Positions 48,141 to 58,370 of a stretch of 64,000 nt of DNA are shown in pieces (position 1 is the stretch's first letter; each line of letters begins with the position of its first letter). Location of the stretch: positions 3,616,001 through 3,680,000 of the forward strand of contig OZ241889.1 of assembly GCA_965203355.1 (NCBI GenBank). Direction: 5' to 3'. The notes below the pieces were generated by a model. It did not search any database. It was not told the DNA's origin and worked only from the letters and a program-made list of their open reading frames with translations. This DNA is from Candidatus Latescibacterota bacterium. Lineage in GTDB: Bacteria; Latescibacterota; UBA2968; UBA8231. The translations under genes were made by a program, and so were the position numbers.

Positions 48141-49456
48141 CGCGGCGCTCCCACCACCTTAGCACTCAGCTCGTAGGGCGCGGCCGCGGTGATCTCCACT
48201 TCGACGAAAGAACCCACCGGAGGCATGCCTTCCGAGATTACCACCTGGCCGTCGATTTCCGGGGCGTCGCGCTCCATCCGCCCATGGCACACTTCCCCTA
48301 CGTGTGCATCGATCAAGACCTGCTGCCGCGTGCCGACGAGCGCGTCGTTTTTCTCCGTGCCCACGCGCTCCTGTAGTTGCGTCAGGCGGCTGTAGCGCTC
48401 CTGCTTGATTTCTTCGCCGACCGCGTCCCCGAGCGCACACGCCGCCGTCCCATCTTCCGGTGAGTAGAGAAAGCCGGTCGCATAGTCAAAGCGCGTCTCC
48501 GCGACAAACGCGAGTAGCTCCTCAAAATCGTCCTCGGTTTCTCCGGGAAAGCCAACGATGAACGTCGAGCGCAGCCCAACCCCCGGCAACCGCGCCCGCA
48601 GCCATGCCAGCAAATCGAGCGTCTTTTGGCGCGTCGTCGCCCGCTTCATGCGCTTGAGCACCGGGTCGGCGATGTGTTGCAGCGGCATGTCGATGTACCG
48701 GCACATCTTGTCGCACGTGGCGTAGAAGTCGATCAGTTCCTCGGTCCAAAACGCCGGATACGTGTACATCAAGCGCATCCACTCAATGCCCTCGACCGCG
48801 GCGAGTGCCTGCAAAAGGCGCACGAGCTGGGGCCGGCCGTAGAGATCGGCTCCGTAGCGCACCGAGTCCTGCGAAACCAACACCAACTCCCGCACCCCCT
48901 CGGCCGCGAGCCGCTCGGCCTCGGCCACAAGCTGTTCGATGGGCTCGCTCGCGTGTCGCCCGCGAATGGCCGGGATGGCGCAAAAGGCGCATTGGTGATC
49001 GCAGCCGTCCGATATGCGTAGATACGCCCAGTGCTTGGGCGTCAGCGAAGTCCGCGGCAAGCCAGCCCAGTACTGGGGCCGCTGGACGCCCAACACATCG
49101 TCGACGTGGCGGACGATGGCGGCTTCGTCGGCGATCGTCAGCAGCTTGTCGGCTTCCACCAACTCCTGCGCCAACTCTTCGTAGTAGCGCGTCGCTAGAC
49201 ACCCGGTGACAATCAACCCCTCGCACGGCCCTTCTTGCTTGAGCCGATGCGCGTCCATAATCGCGGCCAGGGATTCTTCTTTGGCTGACTCGATAAAGCC
49301 GCAGGTATTGACCACCACCACGTCCGCTTCTTCTGGCACGTCCGTTAGCTGATAGGCGTGGCCCTGCAAAAGCCCCAGCATCCGCTCGGAATCGACCGTG
49401 TTTTTCGGACACCCCAAGCTGACTAGGTGTACTTTGTGGGGCTGGTTTTCGCTCAT
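48137..49456 (-). CDS. rimO: Ribosomal protein S12 methylthiotransferase
   Basis: 'SLGCPKNTVDSE', 'NTCGFIESAKEES', radical SAM 'CDHQCAFC', 'YIDMPLQH', 'FIVGFPGETE', TRAM 'DAPEIDG'. Confidence 0.95.
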   Translation of the reverse strand: MSENQPHKVHLVSLGCPKNTVDSERMLGLLQGHAYQLTDVPEEADVVVVNTCGFIESAKEESLAAIMDAHRLKQEGPCEGLIVTGCLATRYYEELAQELVEADKLLTIADEAAIVRHVDDVLGVQRPQYWAGLPRTSLTPKHWAYLRISDGCDHQCAFCAIPAIRGRHASEPIEQLVAEAERLAAEGVRELVLVSQDSVRYGADLYGRPQLVRLLQALAAVEGIEWMRLMYTYPAFWTEELIDFYATCDKMCRYIDMPLQHIADPVLKRMKRATTRQKTLDLLAWLRARLPGVGLRSTFIVGFPGETEDDFEELLAFVAETRFDYATGFLYSPEDGTAACALGDAVGEEIKQERYSRLTQLQERVGTEKNDALVGTRQQVLIDAHVGEVCHGRMERDAPEIDGQVVISEGMPPVGSFVEVEITAAAPYELSAKVVGAPR

Positions 49457-49477
49457 TTGGATGCGGTGTGTGAACGG

Positions 49478-52264
49478 TTAAAGTTGACCACCATGACGAA
49501 TCAACAACTCTGCCGTTTCACTAGCTCCTTTTTCTTTTGCATAATGGAGCGGCTTATGGCCGCCAAAAAAACCAGTGCTGTCTTCTGCGTTGACATTTGC
49601 GCCCTGTTTCAGGAGGAATTCAGCCGTCTCGTACGCATTCTCCAACGCCGCAAAATGAAGCGGGGTAACGCCATTTTCGGTCTTGGCGTGGACGTCGGCA
49701 CCGTTTTGGAGCAACACGGCAGCTACCTCCCGAGCATTTGCCGACGCCGCAGCACACAGCGGGGTATAGCCATATTTGGCATTGGCGTCGACGTAGGCAC
49801 CGTTTTGGAGCAACACGGCAGCCGTCTCGTGCGCATTCTCTAACGCCGCAGTATGAAGAGGGGTATAGCCATCTTTGTCCCTGGCGTGGACGTCGGCACC
49901 GTTTTGGAGCAACACGGCAGCTACCTCCCGAGCATTTGCCGACGCCGCAGCATGAAGCGGGGTAACGAGCGGAGTAACGCCATCTTCAGTACTGGCGTGG
50001 ACATCTACGCCCCGTTTCAAGAGGAATTCAACCGTCTCCCGCGCATTTGCCGACGCCGCAGTATGAAGCGGGGTATAGCCATCTTTGTCCCTGGCGTGGA
50101 CGTCGGCACCGTTTTGGAGCAACACGGCAACCGTCTCCCGCGCATTCGCCAACGCCGCAGCATGAAGCGGGGTAACGCCATCTTCAGGCTTGGCGTGGAT
50201 GTCGGTGCCCCGTTTCAGGAGGAATTCAGCCATCTCCCGCGCATTTGCCGACGCCGCAGCATGAAGCGGGGTATAGCCATTTTCGGCCTTGGCGTGGACG
50301 TCGGCACCACTTTGGAGCAAAACAGTAGCCGTCTCTCTCGCATTCTCCAACGCTGCAAAATGAAGCGGGGTAACGCCATATTCGGACTTGGCGTAAACGT
50401 CGGCACCACTTTGGAGCAAAACGGCAACCGTCTCCCGCGCATTCACCAACGCTGCAAAATGAAGCGGGGTATCGCCATATTCGGACTTGGCGTGGACGTC
50501 GGCACCACTTTGGAGCAACACGGCAGCCGTCTCCCGCGCATTCAACGCCGCAGCATGAAGCGGGGTAACGCCATCTTTGCCCTTGGCGTGAACGTCGGCA
50601 CCGTTTTGGAGCAACACGGCAGCCATCTCCCGCGCATTCGCCAACGCCGCAGCATGAAGCGGGGTATCGCCATCTTTGTCCTTGGCGTGGACGTCGGCAC
50701 CGTTTTGGAGCAACACAACAGCCGTCTCGTGCGCATTCGCAAACGCCGCAACATGAAGCGGGGTACAATCTTTTAGCTCACGATCATCCTCTCCCATTTT
50801 ATCGAGAATTGTCGTAAGGTGCGGCGAGATACTGGCGTGTAGTGTGGCCTTCGCGTCAATGTCGGAATTCTGGTCCAGCAGGGATTGAGCGAGTGCAGGC
50901 AGATTCAGACACGCAGCGTGATGTAGGTCGGTCACGCCTTTATTGTATATGATATCTGGAGATGGCTTGCGACCCACCTTCGCAACAAACTCTCTTTCCT
51001 CGCTCTCTTCTGCCGCTTCCCGCACCGTTGGTTCCGACTTTGCAAAATTCAGCGACTGGAAAATTTCATCTATTGCGCTGAGCATCTTTTGCCGGATCTG
51101 TACCATCTGTTTCTTGATGGGCGCGAAATCTCTCTTTTGCGAGTCTATGAGCTTGCTGATTTTTTCTCCTAAAACGTCCGCATCGTCTGGTTTTAGCTCA
51201 GAAAGATGAAAGTCGATATCTTTGAGTTCGTTTGTCATCCACTTGGCCGTTCTTTCGTCTTTGAGAATGGCATTCACATACATCTCAAAGACGCCCTCAA
51301 TCTCCTGCTTCAAGTCTGTGTTCGCTTGTTTGGGCTGGTTTTGCTCTCGGAAAAAGTCCGCCAACGACATCTCGTCATATGAGAATTCCTCACGGCGGCG
51401 AGAACTATACGCGCTGATTCCAAGAGGCTCGAAATCCACGTCGGCAAGCGTATTCTTCACCTCGTTCAGTATGTCCTCCAATTCACTGAGGTGCTTGATG
51501 TCCGCCTTGTTCAGAACTACGTAAAACGGTAAAGACCTCAATTCCAAACCCTCCAGAAACTCCAAATCTTCATCGGGGACCGTACCAGCAGAATCCAGCC
51601 CAATCATCCAGATGAGCGCATCCCGATCTTTGAGAAAATCAGCCGCCGTAGTCCGGTCTTCACTGCGTCCTCCCGGATTGTAGCCCGGCGTATCAATCAA
51701 GCAGATGTTGTCAAACAAGCTGTCGCGCAAAGGAACCTCCACTGTAATGGAGGGCATGATGTACTTGAGATCGAAGGGAAAGGTGTCGATGAAACTGTGG
51801 GATAGTTGCGAATATAGTGCCGGGTCGATATCCACCGTATTGCCGGTGCGGGAAAAACCCTTGATCGCCATCTCCGAATTGGCAATAACAAAAGAAGGAA
51901 TGGCCGTGGCCGGTTGGACTCGCTCCGGCAGCAAATGATCATATCCCTCGATAAAACTGTTGACAAACGCCGACTTGCCACTGCTGAATCCACCACCAAT
52001 GGCAATGGATCGCTTGGCGGAAAGATGAGGAAAGACTACCAGTTCTTTCAACCGATTGGCCAGTCTTTCCAAACGCTGCACCGCGGCCGCTTCCTCGGCT
52101 AACGACGACTCCGCATCGGCAAATTCCCGAAACTCTCCGTTCAAGAGGTCCTCAAACTTCTTGAACTCTACGTGTTCATTGGATTTAGCCGTCAGCAGGT
52201 CGGAAACTAACTTGTATTTCTTCTGCAAATCCTCATACTCTAAACGCAACCCACTTTCATCCAT
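49478..52264 (-). CDS. Dynamin-like GTPase fused to about 14 C-terminal ankyrin repeats
   Basis: G1 GGFSSGKS, G3 DTPG, G4 NKAD, coiled coil, then G.TPLH.AA..N..E....LL..GAD repeats. Confidence 0.85.
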   Translation of the reverse strand: MDESGLRLEYEDLQKKYKLVSDLLTAKSNEHVEFKKFEDLLNGEFREFADAESSLAEEAAAVQRLERLANRLKELVVFPHLSAKRSIAIGGGFSSGKSAFVNSFIEGYDHLLPERVQPATAIPSFVIANSEMAIKGFSRTGNTVDIDPALYSQLSHSFIDTFPFDLKYIMPSITVEVPLRDSLFDNICLIDTPGYNPGGRSEDRTTAADFLKDRDALIWMIGLDSAGTVPDEDLEFLEGLELRSLPFYVVLNKADIKHLSELEDILNEVKNTLADVDFEPLGISAYSSRRREEFSYDEMSLADFFREQNQPKQANTDLKQEIEGVFEMYVNAILKDERTAKWMTNELKDIDFHLSELKPDDADVLGEKISKLIDSQKRDFAPIKKQMVQIRQKMLSAIDEIFQSLNFAKSEPTVREAAEESEEREFVAKVGRKPSPDIIYNKGVTDLHHAACLNLPALAQSLLDQNSDIDAKATLHASISPHLTTILDKMGEDDRELKDCTPLHVAAFANAHETAVVLLQNGADVHAKDKDGDTPLHAAALANAREMAAVLLQNGADVHAKGKDGVTPLHAAALNARETAAVLLQSGADVHAKSEYGDTPLHFAALVNARETVAVLLQSGADVYAKSEYGVTPLHFAALENARETATVLLQSGADVHAKAENGYTPLHAAASANAREMAEFLLKRGTDIHAKPEDGVTPLHAAALANARETVAVLLQNGADVHARDKDGYTPLHTAASANARETVEFLLKRGVDVHASTEDGVTPLVTPLHAAASANAREVAAVLLQNGADVHARDKDGYTPLHTAALENAHETAAVLLQNGAYVDANAKYGYTPLCAAASANAREVAAVLLQNGADVHAKTENGVTPLHFAALENAYETAEFLLKQGANVNAEDSTGFFGGHKPLHYAKEKGASETAELLIRHGGQL
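49500..50770 (-). repeat. Intragenic ~99-bp tandem repeats encoding ankyrin units
   Basis: Recurring 'atgaagcggggta..gccat' and 'gacgtcggcaccgttttggagcaacacggca' at ~96-111-bp spacing. Confidence 0.9.
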
Positions 52265-54319
52265 GATCAATCCCTTTCAATTCTTCCCTAATGCGGGCGA
52301 TTCGACCCAACTCCATTGTCTTGTTCTTAATGGAGCCCTCGAGAGAGGCGAGGTCCTTGTTGAACTTTTCCAGCAGCCGATCAGCTAACCGAACTCCATA
52401 CATCGCCTTGGTGAGATCATCAATGTACCCCCTCACTTTCTTGCGAAGCTCTCTACAAGAATCCTTAGAATAGCTGCATGCCTCATTAAAAAATGAGGTC
52501 GCCTCCTCACCTTTCAATACACCCCGAGGCGTCAGATCTTTGGGCAATTGGATATTATATTTGAATGGTGGAATGGATATGGAATTAACGGCATTTTTTA
52601 TAATCTCTCGAACTCTCCATGCTTCTACATCCTCATCACCCAATTCTTGCCGTAAAATTTTAGTTAGTTCTTTGTTGAGTTCATTCCGCCACAGGTCCAT
52701 TTGGGCTTCTGTTTTCTCTACAATATCCTCTACCATTTTTTCAACAGACTCCGTCAATATCCCAACGACAGCATTCGTGCGGATGGTCTCAACAGATCTC
52801 GTCTTATTCTCCTTAAATATGATACCTGTTTGAAAATTTTCATATATTTCGCTTTTCTCTTCAGCGATACCCTCTCGTACCGACCGATCTCGACTTTCTA
52901 GCTCCTTGTTAAGTTCACGTCTCAGGTTTTCTTTAACCTGTTTAACCGATTCTTCATGCGCCTCGCCAATTAGAGAAGCCGTCTTTTCCAAGGATTCGAT
53001 CAAACTGTCACGCCGCTTCTTAAAACCCTCAATTTCTATACTCTCAATTTGGGTATGCCGCTCATTCGCATACTTGAGTAAGTCGTTTTTCAACTTGTGT
53101 AGAGACTGGAGTTTTGCGCCGCTGTACTCTGTTTGTCTGTCCTTGATGATGATGTCCTTTTTTTCGCGCACACCAGCGACGATTTCCCGAATGTACGCTA
53201 TGTTGGACAGCTTCTCCAGATTGATACACGATAATTCCGCATCTTCAGCGGAGAAATAGTTTCGATACTCAAACAACAAATTGTCCCAAACATGCTGCAT
53301 TCCCTCATCCCACGCATCTTTTTTATCAAAGCTCTGCTTCAGGCTTTCGCAAATGCCCGCAGAGTGAATGATTCTACCTTGCTGAAGTAACTGATCATAG
53401 GTATTGCCCACTTCGGGATTGCGCTCCTTCAAATCCTCAATAATCATCTCCAAATGCCTTCCGAGCACATCCGTAGTGAGGCGGTCCAATACGCGGTCCA
53501 AGTCCCCGTTGCTTTCATCCTTCAAATTGCCATAAAGCTGCGTATCGACTTGCGACGCTATCACGTATAGCTCCCGGATGCTTTCCTGCCCAGTAATGCG
53601 ATCCATCAAATTCAAATCTGCCGAACTCATAAACTGACCGGCCGGACTGACGATCAACACCACATCGCATTGACTCAAATGCTGTCGGGTTCGCGCCTCA
53701 CGCGACTTTACCGGATCGTTAATACCGGGCGTATCCACAATTTCTATATCCCGCAGATTCTCTTGCGGTAGCCAAATGTTGACACTTTTGGTAACGGGCA
53801 TGTAACGGCCGGTCGCGCCGACGTAATCATCCAATTGGCGACGCAAATCGGCAAGATCGGAAAACTTGAGAACGGTCTTTTTCTCGATCTCGCTGAGGTC
53901 GAGCCCAGACTTTTCGATTTTATCGTATTGTTCATAGGCGGCAACCAAGGCGTCGTTGCCATCCTTCATCGCCCGTTTCACCCTACTGCTCGCCCGCTCT
54001 TCTGGGGACCTGCGCGAGCGTATCTCTTCTGCTTGTTCCTCGGCTAAAAAGTCTTTATAAAGCCGATCTGCTCGTGTCTTATATGCCCTGTACTGGTTCT
54101 GGATATGTCTCAAGTCCTCTTGGGTAAAAAACTCTACTTCTGCCGATAGACTCTCCCCGTAAGAAAGCGTCGTCAAGGCCGCTGTCATGGGAGTTGCCGC
54201 CTTGGGCAGAATGCTTTCCCCTGCAAAGAGCAGGGCGTTTAGCAGCGAGGATTTTCCAGATTTGACCCGTCCCACAATACCGATCCTGAGTAGGCGGTTT
54301 TCATCTTCAATAGCCGTTA

Positions 54320-55247
54320 GAAGCGTTTTTAAAATTCATTTTTTTTAGCGATTCGCTTGAGTATCAAATGGATCATCGCGATTTGGATAAAGGCTTCACT
54401 ATTGCAAGTTAGGTGCTCGTAGTCTTTGGCATGGACTCGATAGTTGAGTAGCCAAGCAAACGTTCGTTCGACGACCCAACGACGAGGGAGCACCTCAAAG
54501 CCGGAGCCTTGTCTGGATACGACTTCAAGGTCTATTTTGTGCGTTTTTTTTTTGAGCCACCCATTGCCTAAGCGGCGCGCCTTTATAGGCTCCATCCACC
54601 CACAGCTTGCGTAACCTTTGTACCGTGGGTGAAAAGTAGGTTTTCAACAAGGTCTTCAAGCCGTCGGCATCCGAGGTCGAAGCAGCGGTCACCACACACT
54701 CAATCAGACGACCCTCGGTGTCGACCAACAGATGGCGTTTGCGTCCTTTAACCTTCTTGCCGGCATCGTATCCAACACTTTTACCTTGGGTGGCCGTGGT
54801 AACGCTCTGCGCGTCCACGATCCCCGCCGACGGGGTCGGTGCCCGGCCGTGCTGGATGCGATCCTGCCTGGTTAGGGCGTCGAGTATCTGTGGCCAAACC
54901 CCTTGTTGACGCCAGCGATTGAAGTAGCCATACACCGTTTGCCAAGGCCCAAAACACCGCGGCAGCATCGGCCAAGGACACCCGGTTTTAGCCCGATACA
55001 GTAGACCATTCATCACCAAACGCACCGCCCGAGGTGGCCGACCCGGACCCCCTTGACGCCAACGGCCCCGAGGCAGCAGACGAGCAAGTAACAGCCATTG
55101 TGCATCGGTCAAATCCGTCGCATATTCTACACCGGGCGTACCCATATATAACCCCCCTTTCAGGCTTTGTGATGAAACCTAAAGGTCGGTTCATGGGTAC
55201 GTCCTTTCAAGGGAAAATCAACTAAAAGTGAATTTTAAAAAGGCTTC
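54320..55247 (-). mobile_element. IS5-family insertion sequence (IS1031-like), 928 bp
   Basis: 19-bp TIRs GAAGC(G/C)TTTTTAAAATTCA; 3-bp TTA target duplication at 54317-54319 and 55248-55250; DDE transposase inside. Confidence 0.92.
54329..55145 (-). CDS. IS5-family transposase split into two frames at an A10 run
   Basis: '[10 protein letters not shown]', '[20 protein letters not shown]', 'IVDAQSV', '[21 protein letters not shown]', 'VDGAY'; second frame '[13 protein letters not shown]'. Confidence 0.9.
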
Positions 55248-55470
55248 TTAGGTTTGCTTGCAATTCCTTCGCCGCCGGGATGCCGTGTTCTTGGGCGAGG
55301 TTTGCCGCCTCATCGCCGAGAAAATCGCCATAGCGATCTATGACCTGATCTAGATTGTCTCTGTATGCGACGATACCACGAGCTTGCATGGCGTTGTCTC
55401 CCTTTGGGTCAAGTAGGTTAAAGTTTTAGAGAGAACGGCGATTTAGTAAAATCTGCTAAATCAATCCTCG

Positions 55471-57198
55471 TCAGACTCTTGCAGAGCGCGTAAAGATTGT
55501 CTCGCTTGCCAGCGAGCGGATAGTTTCCCTAACGCCCGTGAGTTGGTCAATGGTTTGCTCAATATCTCGCTGCGCGTCCTTTTTGATTTGCTCAGCAGCG
55601 ACGATTTCATCGCGCTTTGACTTAATGTGCAAATCAATGGCCCCGGCTTGCTCGTTAATCAAGACTCTCACCTGCTCCTCGAAATACCCGGGCAGTTCGC
55701 TTGCCAGCCTATTTTTAACTTCTGGAATAATCCGCCCAACTAGGTCCTCACGCAGCTTCCTCTTTGCTCTCTCTTTTTGCAGAAGGGCAATGAGTTCTGG
55801 TAAGAATACAATGACAACTTCCACTGCCACTGCCACCACGTTAGTAGTAATGGCAAGCAGGACGGTAAGACCCCGCATTTTTCGCATCCCATTTATTATT
55901 TTACCCATAGCTCCCGAAAGCGTTTTGGTCGCCAACGGACCAAACATAGAAGAGTTTACAAATCTATCCATGCCTGTTTCGTCGCCTACATAGGACGACA
56001 AAGTACGCGCAGTACTCTCAATATGATCGCTTAGTTCTTTGACAATCTCGGCGTTCAAGTCGATAAGTTTGGCTTTTACGTGACGCAAAACTGAGGAGCG
56101 GACGATTTCCCCCATCTGTTGCTGTACAGCATCTGTTCCCTCCTGTGAGATGGCCGTGTTGACCAACGCATCTACCTGAGCACTCAAGTCGCCGCCCACC
56201 TTATCCACAATAGAGCGGACGGAGTTTGTGGAATACTTCGCACGAATATCCTGAACTAGCTGATCCTTTTTCCGCTCTAACTCCCTCAGTCCCTCAGCAA
56301 GCTGGTCTATGGCCTCCTGATTCTCGCTTTCGCTCCTTCTCAGCGAGCTAATCCAAGTGTTCAAGCTGGCGTCGAGCGCGTAGAAATCGCCCTCCAAGCG
56401 AGGCCGCCAAAGCCGATCAAAAAGAGCCTCTGGATCAATGGCCTTGAGCATCTTGCCCAGTGCCGCCCCGCCCTCTTTGCCCACCGACACGACCGAATCG
56501 GCAAAATCAAAATCGTCCTTCAGTCGCTCCTCGACATTCTGCACAATGGTCTCTACCTCCGAAGCCGAGCGCAAATTCGCCTTGCTCACAAATACGGAAA
56601 ACCCCTTGTCAAACTCGTGAAATTCAGCCAACTGCCGCAGGGTCGATTGGGTGACGGTCCCTTCCTCCACGCTGATCAGGACCGCGTAATGACTCCCGCG
56701 GGCAAGATATGTCAAAATGGCTTGGTGATGTAAGTCCAGCGGCGAGTCAAATCCGGGCATATCCACGAGCACCAGCGGCAGCACTCCTTGCAATTGGGAA
56801 CGGTCGAGAAAGCCCTTTACATATTTATACTGGCGCGCCTTCCCTTTGATCTCGCGGATGTCGCGGATGTCGTAGCGATCCGTCTCCTCATTGGCCTTAA
56901 CCGCCGAAATGTACTCCTCGTGGGAATAGCGCAACTCGGTCGCCAACGCAGTCTCCGGCGTGGTGTTCACCGGCAACAAATCCTGCTCCAAAAAGGAGTT
57001 GATCAACGTGCTCTTACCGGCACTAAACGCGCCGACCACCGGAACGATCAATTCCGCCGCCCGAATCTCCTGCTCCAACTCCTCTACGGAGCGGACATTC
57101 TGTTCCCATTCTTCAGCAAATCCCGAAGATTGGACCTTGTTTAGTTCGGCCTGTACTTCGCCTAAATAGTTGCAAAACGCCTGCTGCGTATTAAGCAT
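55471..57198 (-). CDS. Dynamin-like GTPase with C-terminal hydrophobic segment and coiled coil
   Basis: GGAGA RBS before MLNTQQ; G1 GAFSAGKST, 'PETALATEL', G3 DMPG, 'SKAN'; hydrophobic 'VLLAITTNVVAVAVEVVIVFLPELI'. Confidence 0.85.
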   Translation of the reverse strand: MLNTQQAFCNYLGEVQAELNKVQSSGFAEEWEQNVRSVEELEQEIRAAELIVPVVGAFSAGKSTLINSFLEQDLLPVNTTPETALATELRYSHEEYISAVKANEETDRYDIRDIREIKGKARQYKYVKGFLDRSQLQGVLPLVLVDMPGFDSPLDLHHQAILTYLARGSHYAVLISVEEGTVTQSTLRQLAEFHEFDKGFSVFVSKANLRSASEVETIVQNVEERLKDDFDFADSVVSVGKEGGAALGKMLKAIDPEALFDRLWRPRLEGDFYALDASLNTWISSLRRSESENQEAIDQLAEGLRELERKKDQLVQDIRAKYSTNSVRSIVDKVGGDLSAQVDALVNTAISQEGTDAVQQQMGEIVRSSVLRHVKAKLIDLNAEIVKELSDHIESTARTLSSYVGDETGMDRFVNSSMFGPLATKTLSGAMGKIINGMRKMRGLTVLLAITTNVVAVAVEVVIVFLPELIALLQKERAKRKLREDLVGRIIPEVKNRLASELPGYFEEQVRVLINEQAGAIDLHIKSKRDEIVAAEQIKKDAQRDIEQTIDQLTGVRETIRSLASETIFTRSARV

Positions 57199-57257
57199 AA
57201 TAGCTTTCTCCACAATGTTTGAGTAACACCAGAATAATAGGTGATAAAGTCGTCCCT

Positions 57258-58370
57258 TCAAGCGAGGTTGCGCCCGGAGCACTGCTGCACATACTCAATG
57301 GCCGCGCACACGGTCGCATCGCTTATGCCCTCCACGACCTCCACCGCCCCAATCCGCCGCCCCAGCACAAACCGCAGCCGCCCTTCCACCCGCTTCTTGT
57401 CGGCCTTGGCACAGGCCAAAATCCGCTCGGCCTCCACCTCGGCCAGCCCCCCGGGCACCCCCAACCGCTCCAGCAACGCATCCTGCCGCTGCCGTTCCGC
57501 TTCGGGCCAAAACCCCTCGCGGCAGGCGATTTCGCCCGCGGCGATCAAGCCCAAAATTATCGCTTCCCCGTGTCGGTAGCGGCCGTAGTCCGTGGCGGCT
57601 TCAATCGCGTGCCCAATGGTGTGCCCGTAATTGAGAATCGCCCGCAAGCCCTGCTCCTTCTCGTCGGCGGCCACTACTTCGGCCTTGATCTCGACATTGC
57701 GGCCAATGAGCCAGTCCAAAGTCTCTGGCGCCAACGCCATATCCACGACCTCCTCCAAGTGTTCTTCCAAAAAGGCGAACAGCGCGGCGTCGCGAATCAG
57801 CCCGTGTTTGACCACCTCGGCCAGGCCCGCAACCCGCTCGCGCCGCGGCAGCGAGTGCAGTGCGTTGGTGTCGGCCAAAACCAAGCGCGGCTGGTGAAAG
57901 GTGCCGATCAGGTTTTTGCCCAGCGCGTGGTTGACCCCGGTCTTGCCGCCAATACTCGAATCAACCTGCGCGACGATGGTAGTAGGTACCTGCACGTAGG
58001 GCACGCCGCGCAAATAAGTGGAAGCCACAAAGCCCGCCACGTCGCCGACCACGCCCCCGCCGAGGGCCGCGACCCAAGCCCCACGGTCGAACTCGGCCTC
58101 GATCAGCTGCGTGAAAATGCCCTCGGCCCCGAGCAAGTTCTTAGCCTCCTCGCCCCCAGCACAGACGATCTCTAACACCTCAAACCCAGCCGCACGCAAG
58201 CTCTCCCCGGCTGGTTGCAGGTAGTGCGCCGCTACGATCTCGTCGGACACCAAGGCAACCTGCCGACCCAAGGCCAAATCGCGGCAGCGCAGCCCCAATT
58301 CCCCTAAAATATCGTGGCCGACGAAAATGGGATATGCAGCCCCCGGGATGGCTAAGTCAATCCTTGGCAT
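57258..58370 (-). CDS. aroB: 3-dehydroquinate synthase
   Basis: 'GGEEAKN', 'ALGGGVVGDVAGF', 'PTTIVAQVDSSIGGKTGVN', 'LNYGHTIGHAIE'. Confidence 0.96.
   Translation of the reverse strand: MPRIDLAIPGAAYPIFVGHDILGELGLRCRDLALGRQVALVSDEIVAAHYLQPAGESLRAAGFEVLEIVCAGGEEAKNLLGAEGIFTQLIEAEFDRGAWVAALGGGVVGDVAGFVASTYLRGVPYVQVPTTIVAQVDSSIGGKTGVNHALGKNLIGTFHQPRLVLADTNALHSLPRRERVAGLAEVVKHGLIRDAALFAFLEEHLEEVVDMALAPETLDWLIGRNVEIKAEVVAADEKEQGLRAILNYGHTIGHAIEAATDYGRYRHGEAIILGLIAAGEIACREGFWPEAERQRQDALLERLGVPGGLAEVEAERILACAKADKKRVEGRLRFVLGRRIGAVEVVEGISDATVCAAIEYVQQCSGRNLA

Larger units (their letters stand above)
52257..55389 (-). pseudogene. Dynamin-like GTPase (~733 aa if reconstituted) interrupted by an IS5-family element
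   Basis: GGAGA RBS and ATG 55389 give MQARG...ELQANL; after removing 54320-55247 and one TTA the frame continues TAIEDENRLLRIGIVGRVKSGKSS...DTPG (2202 nt, in frame). Confidence 0.88.

Noticed and set aside
49853-50776. 307-aa repetitive plus-strand ORF
   Set aside because: Antisense shadow of the ankyrin repeats.
52257-54275. 672-aa GTG-started ORF as a complete gene
   Set aside because: It starts at the P-loop; the true 5' end lies beyond the IS at 55389.
49460-57260. att sites or an integrase bounding the dynamin island
   Set aside because: No integrase and no convincing flanking direct repeat seen by eye; the short GGTTAAAGTT match is internal and could be chance.
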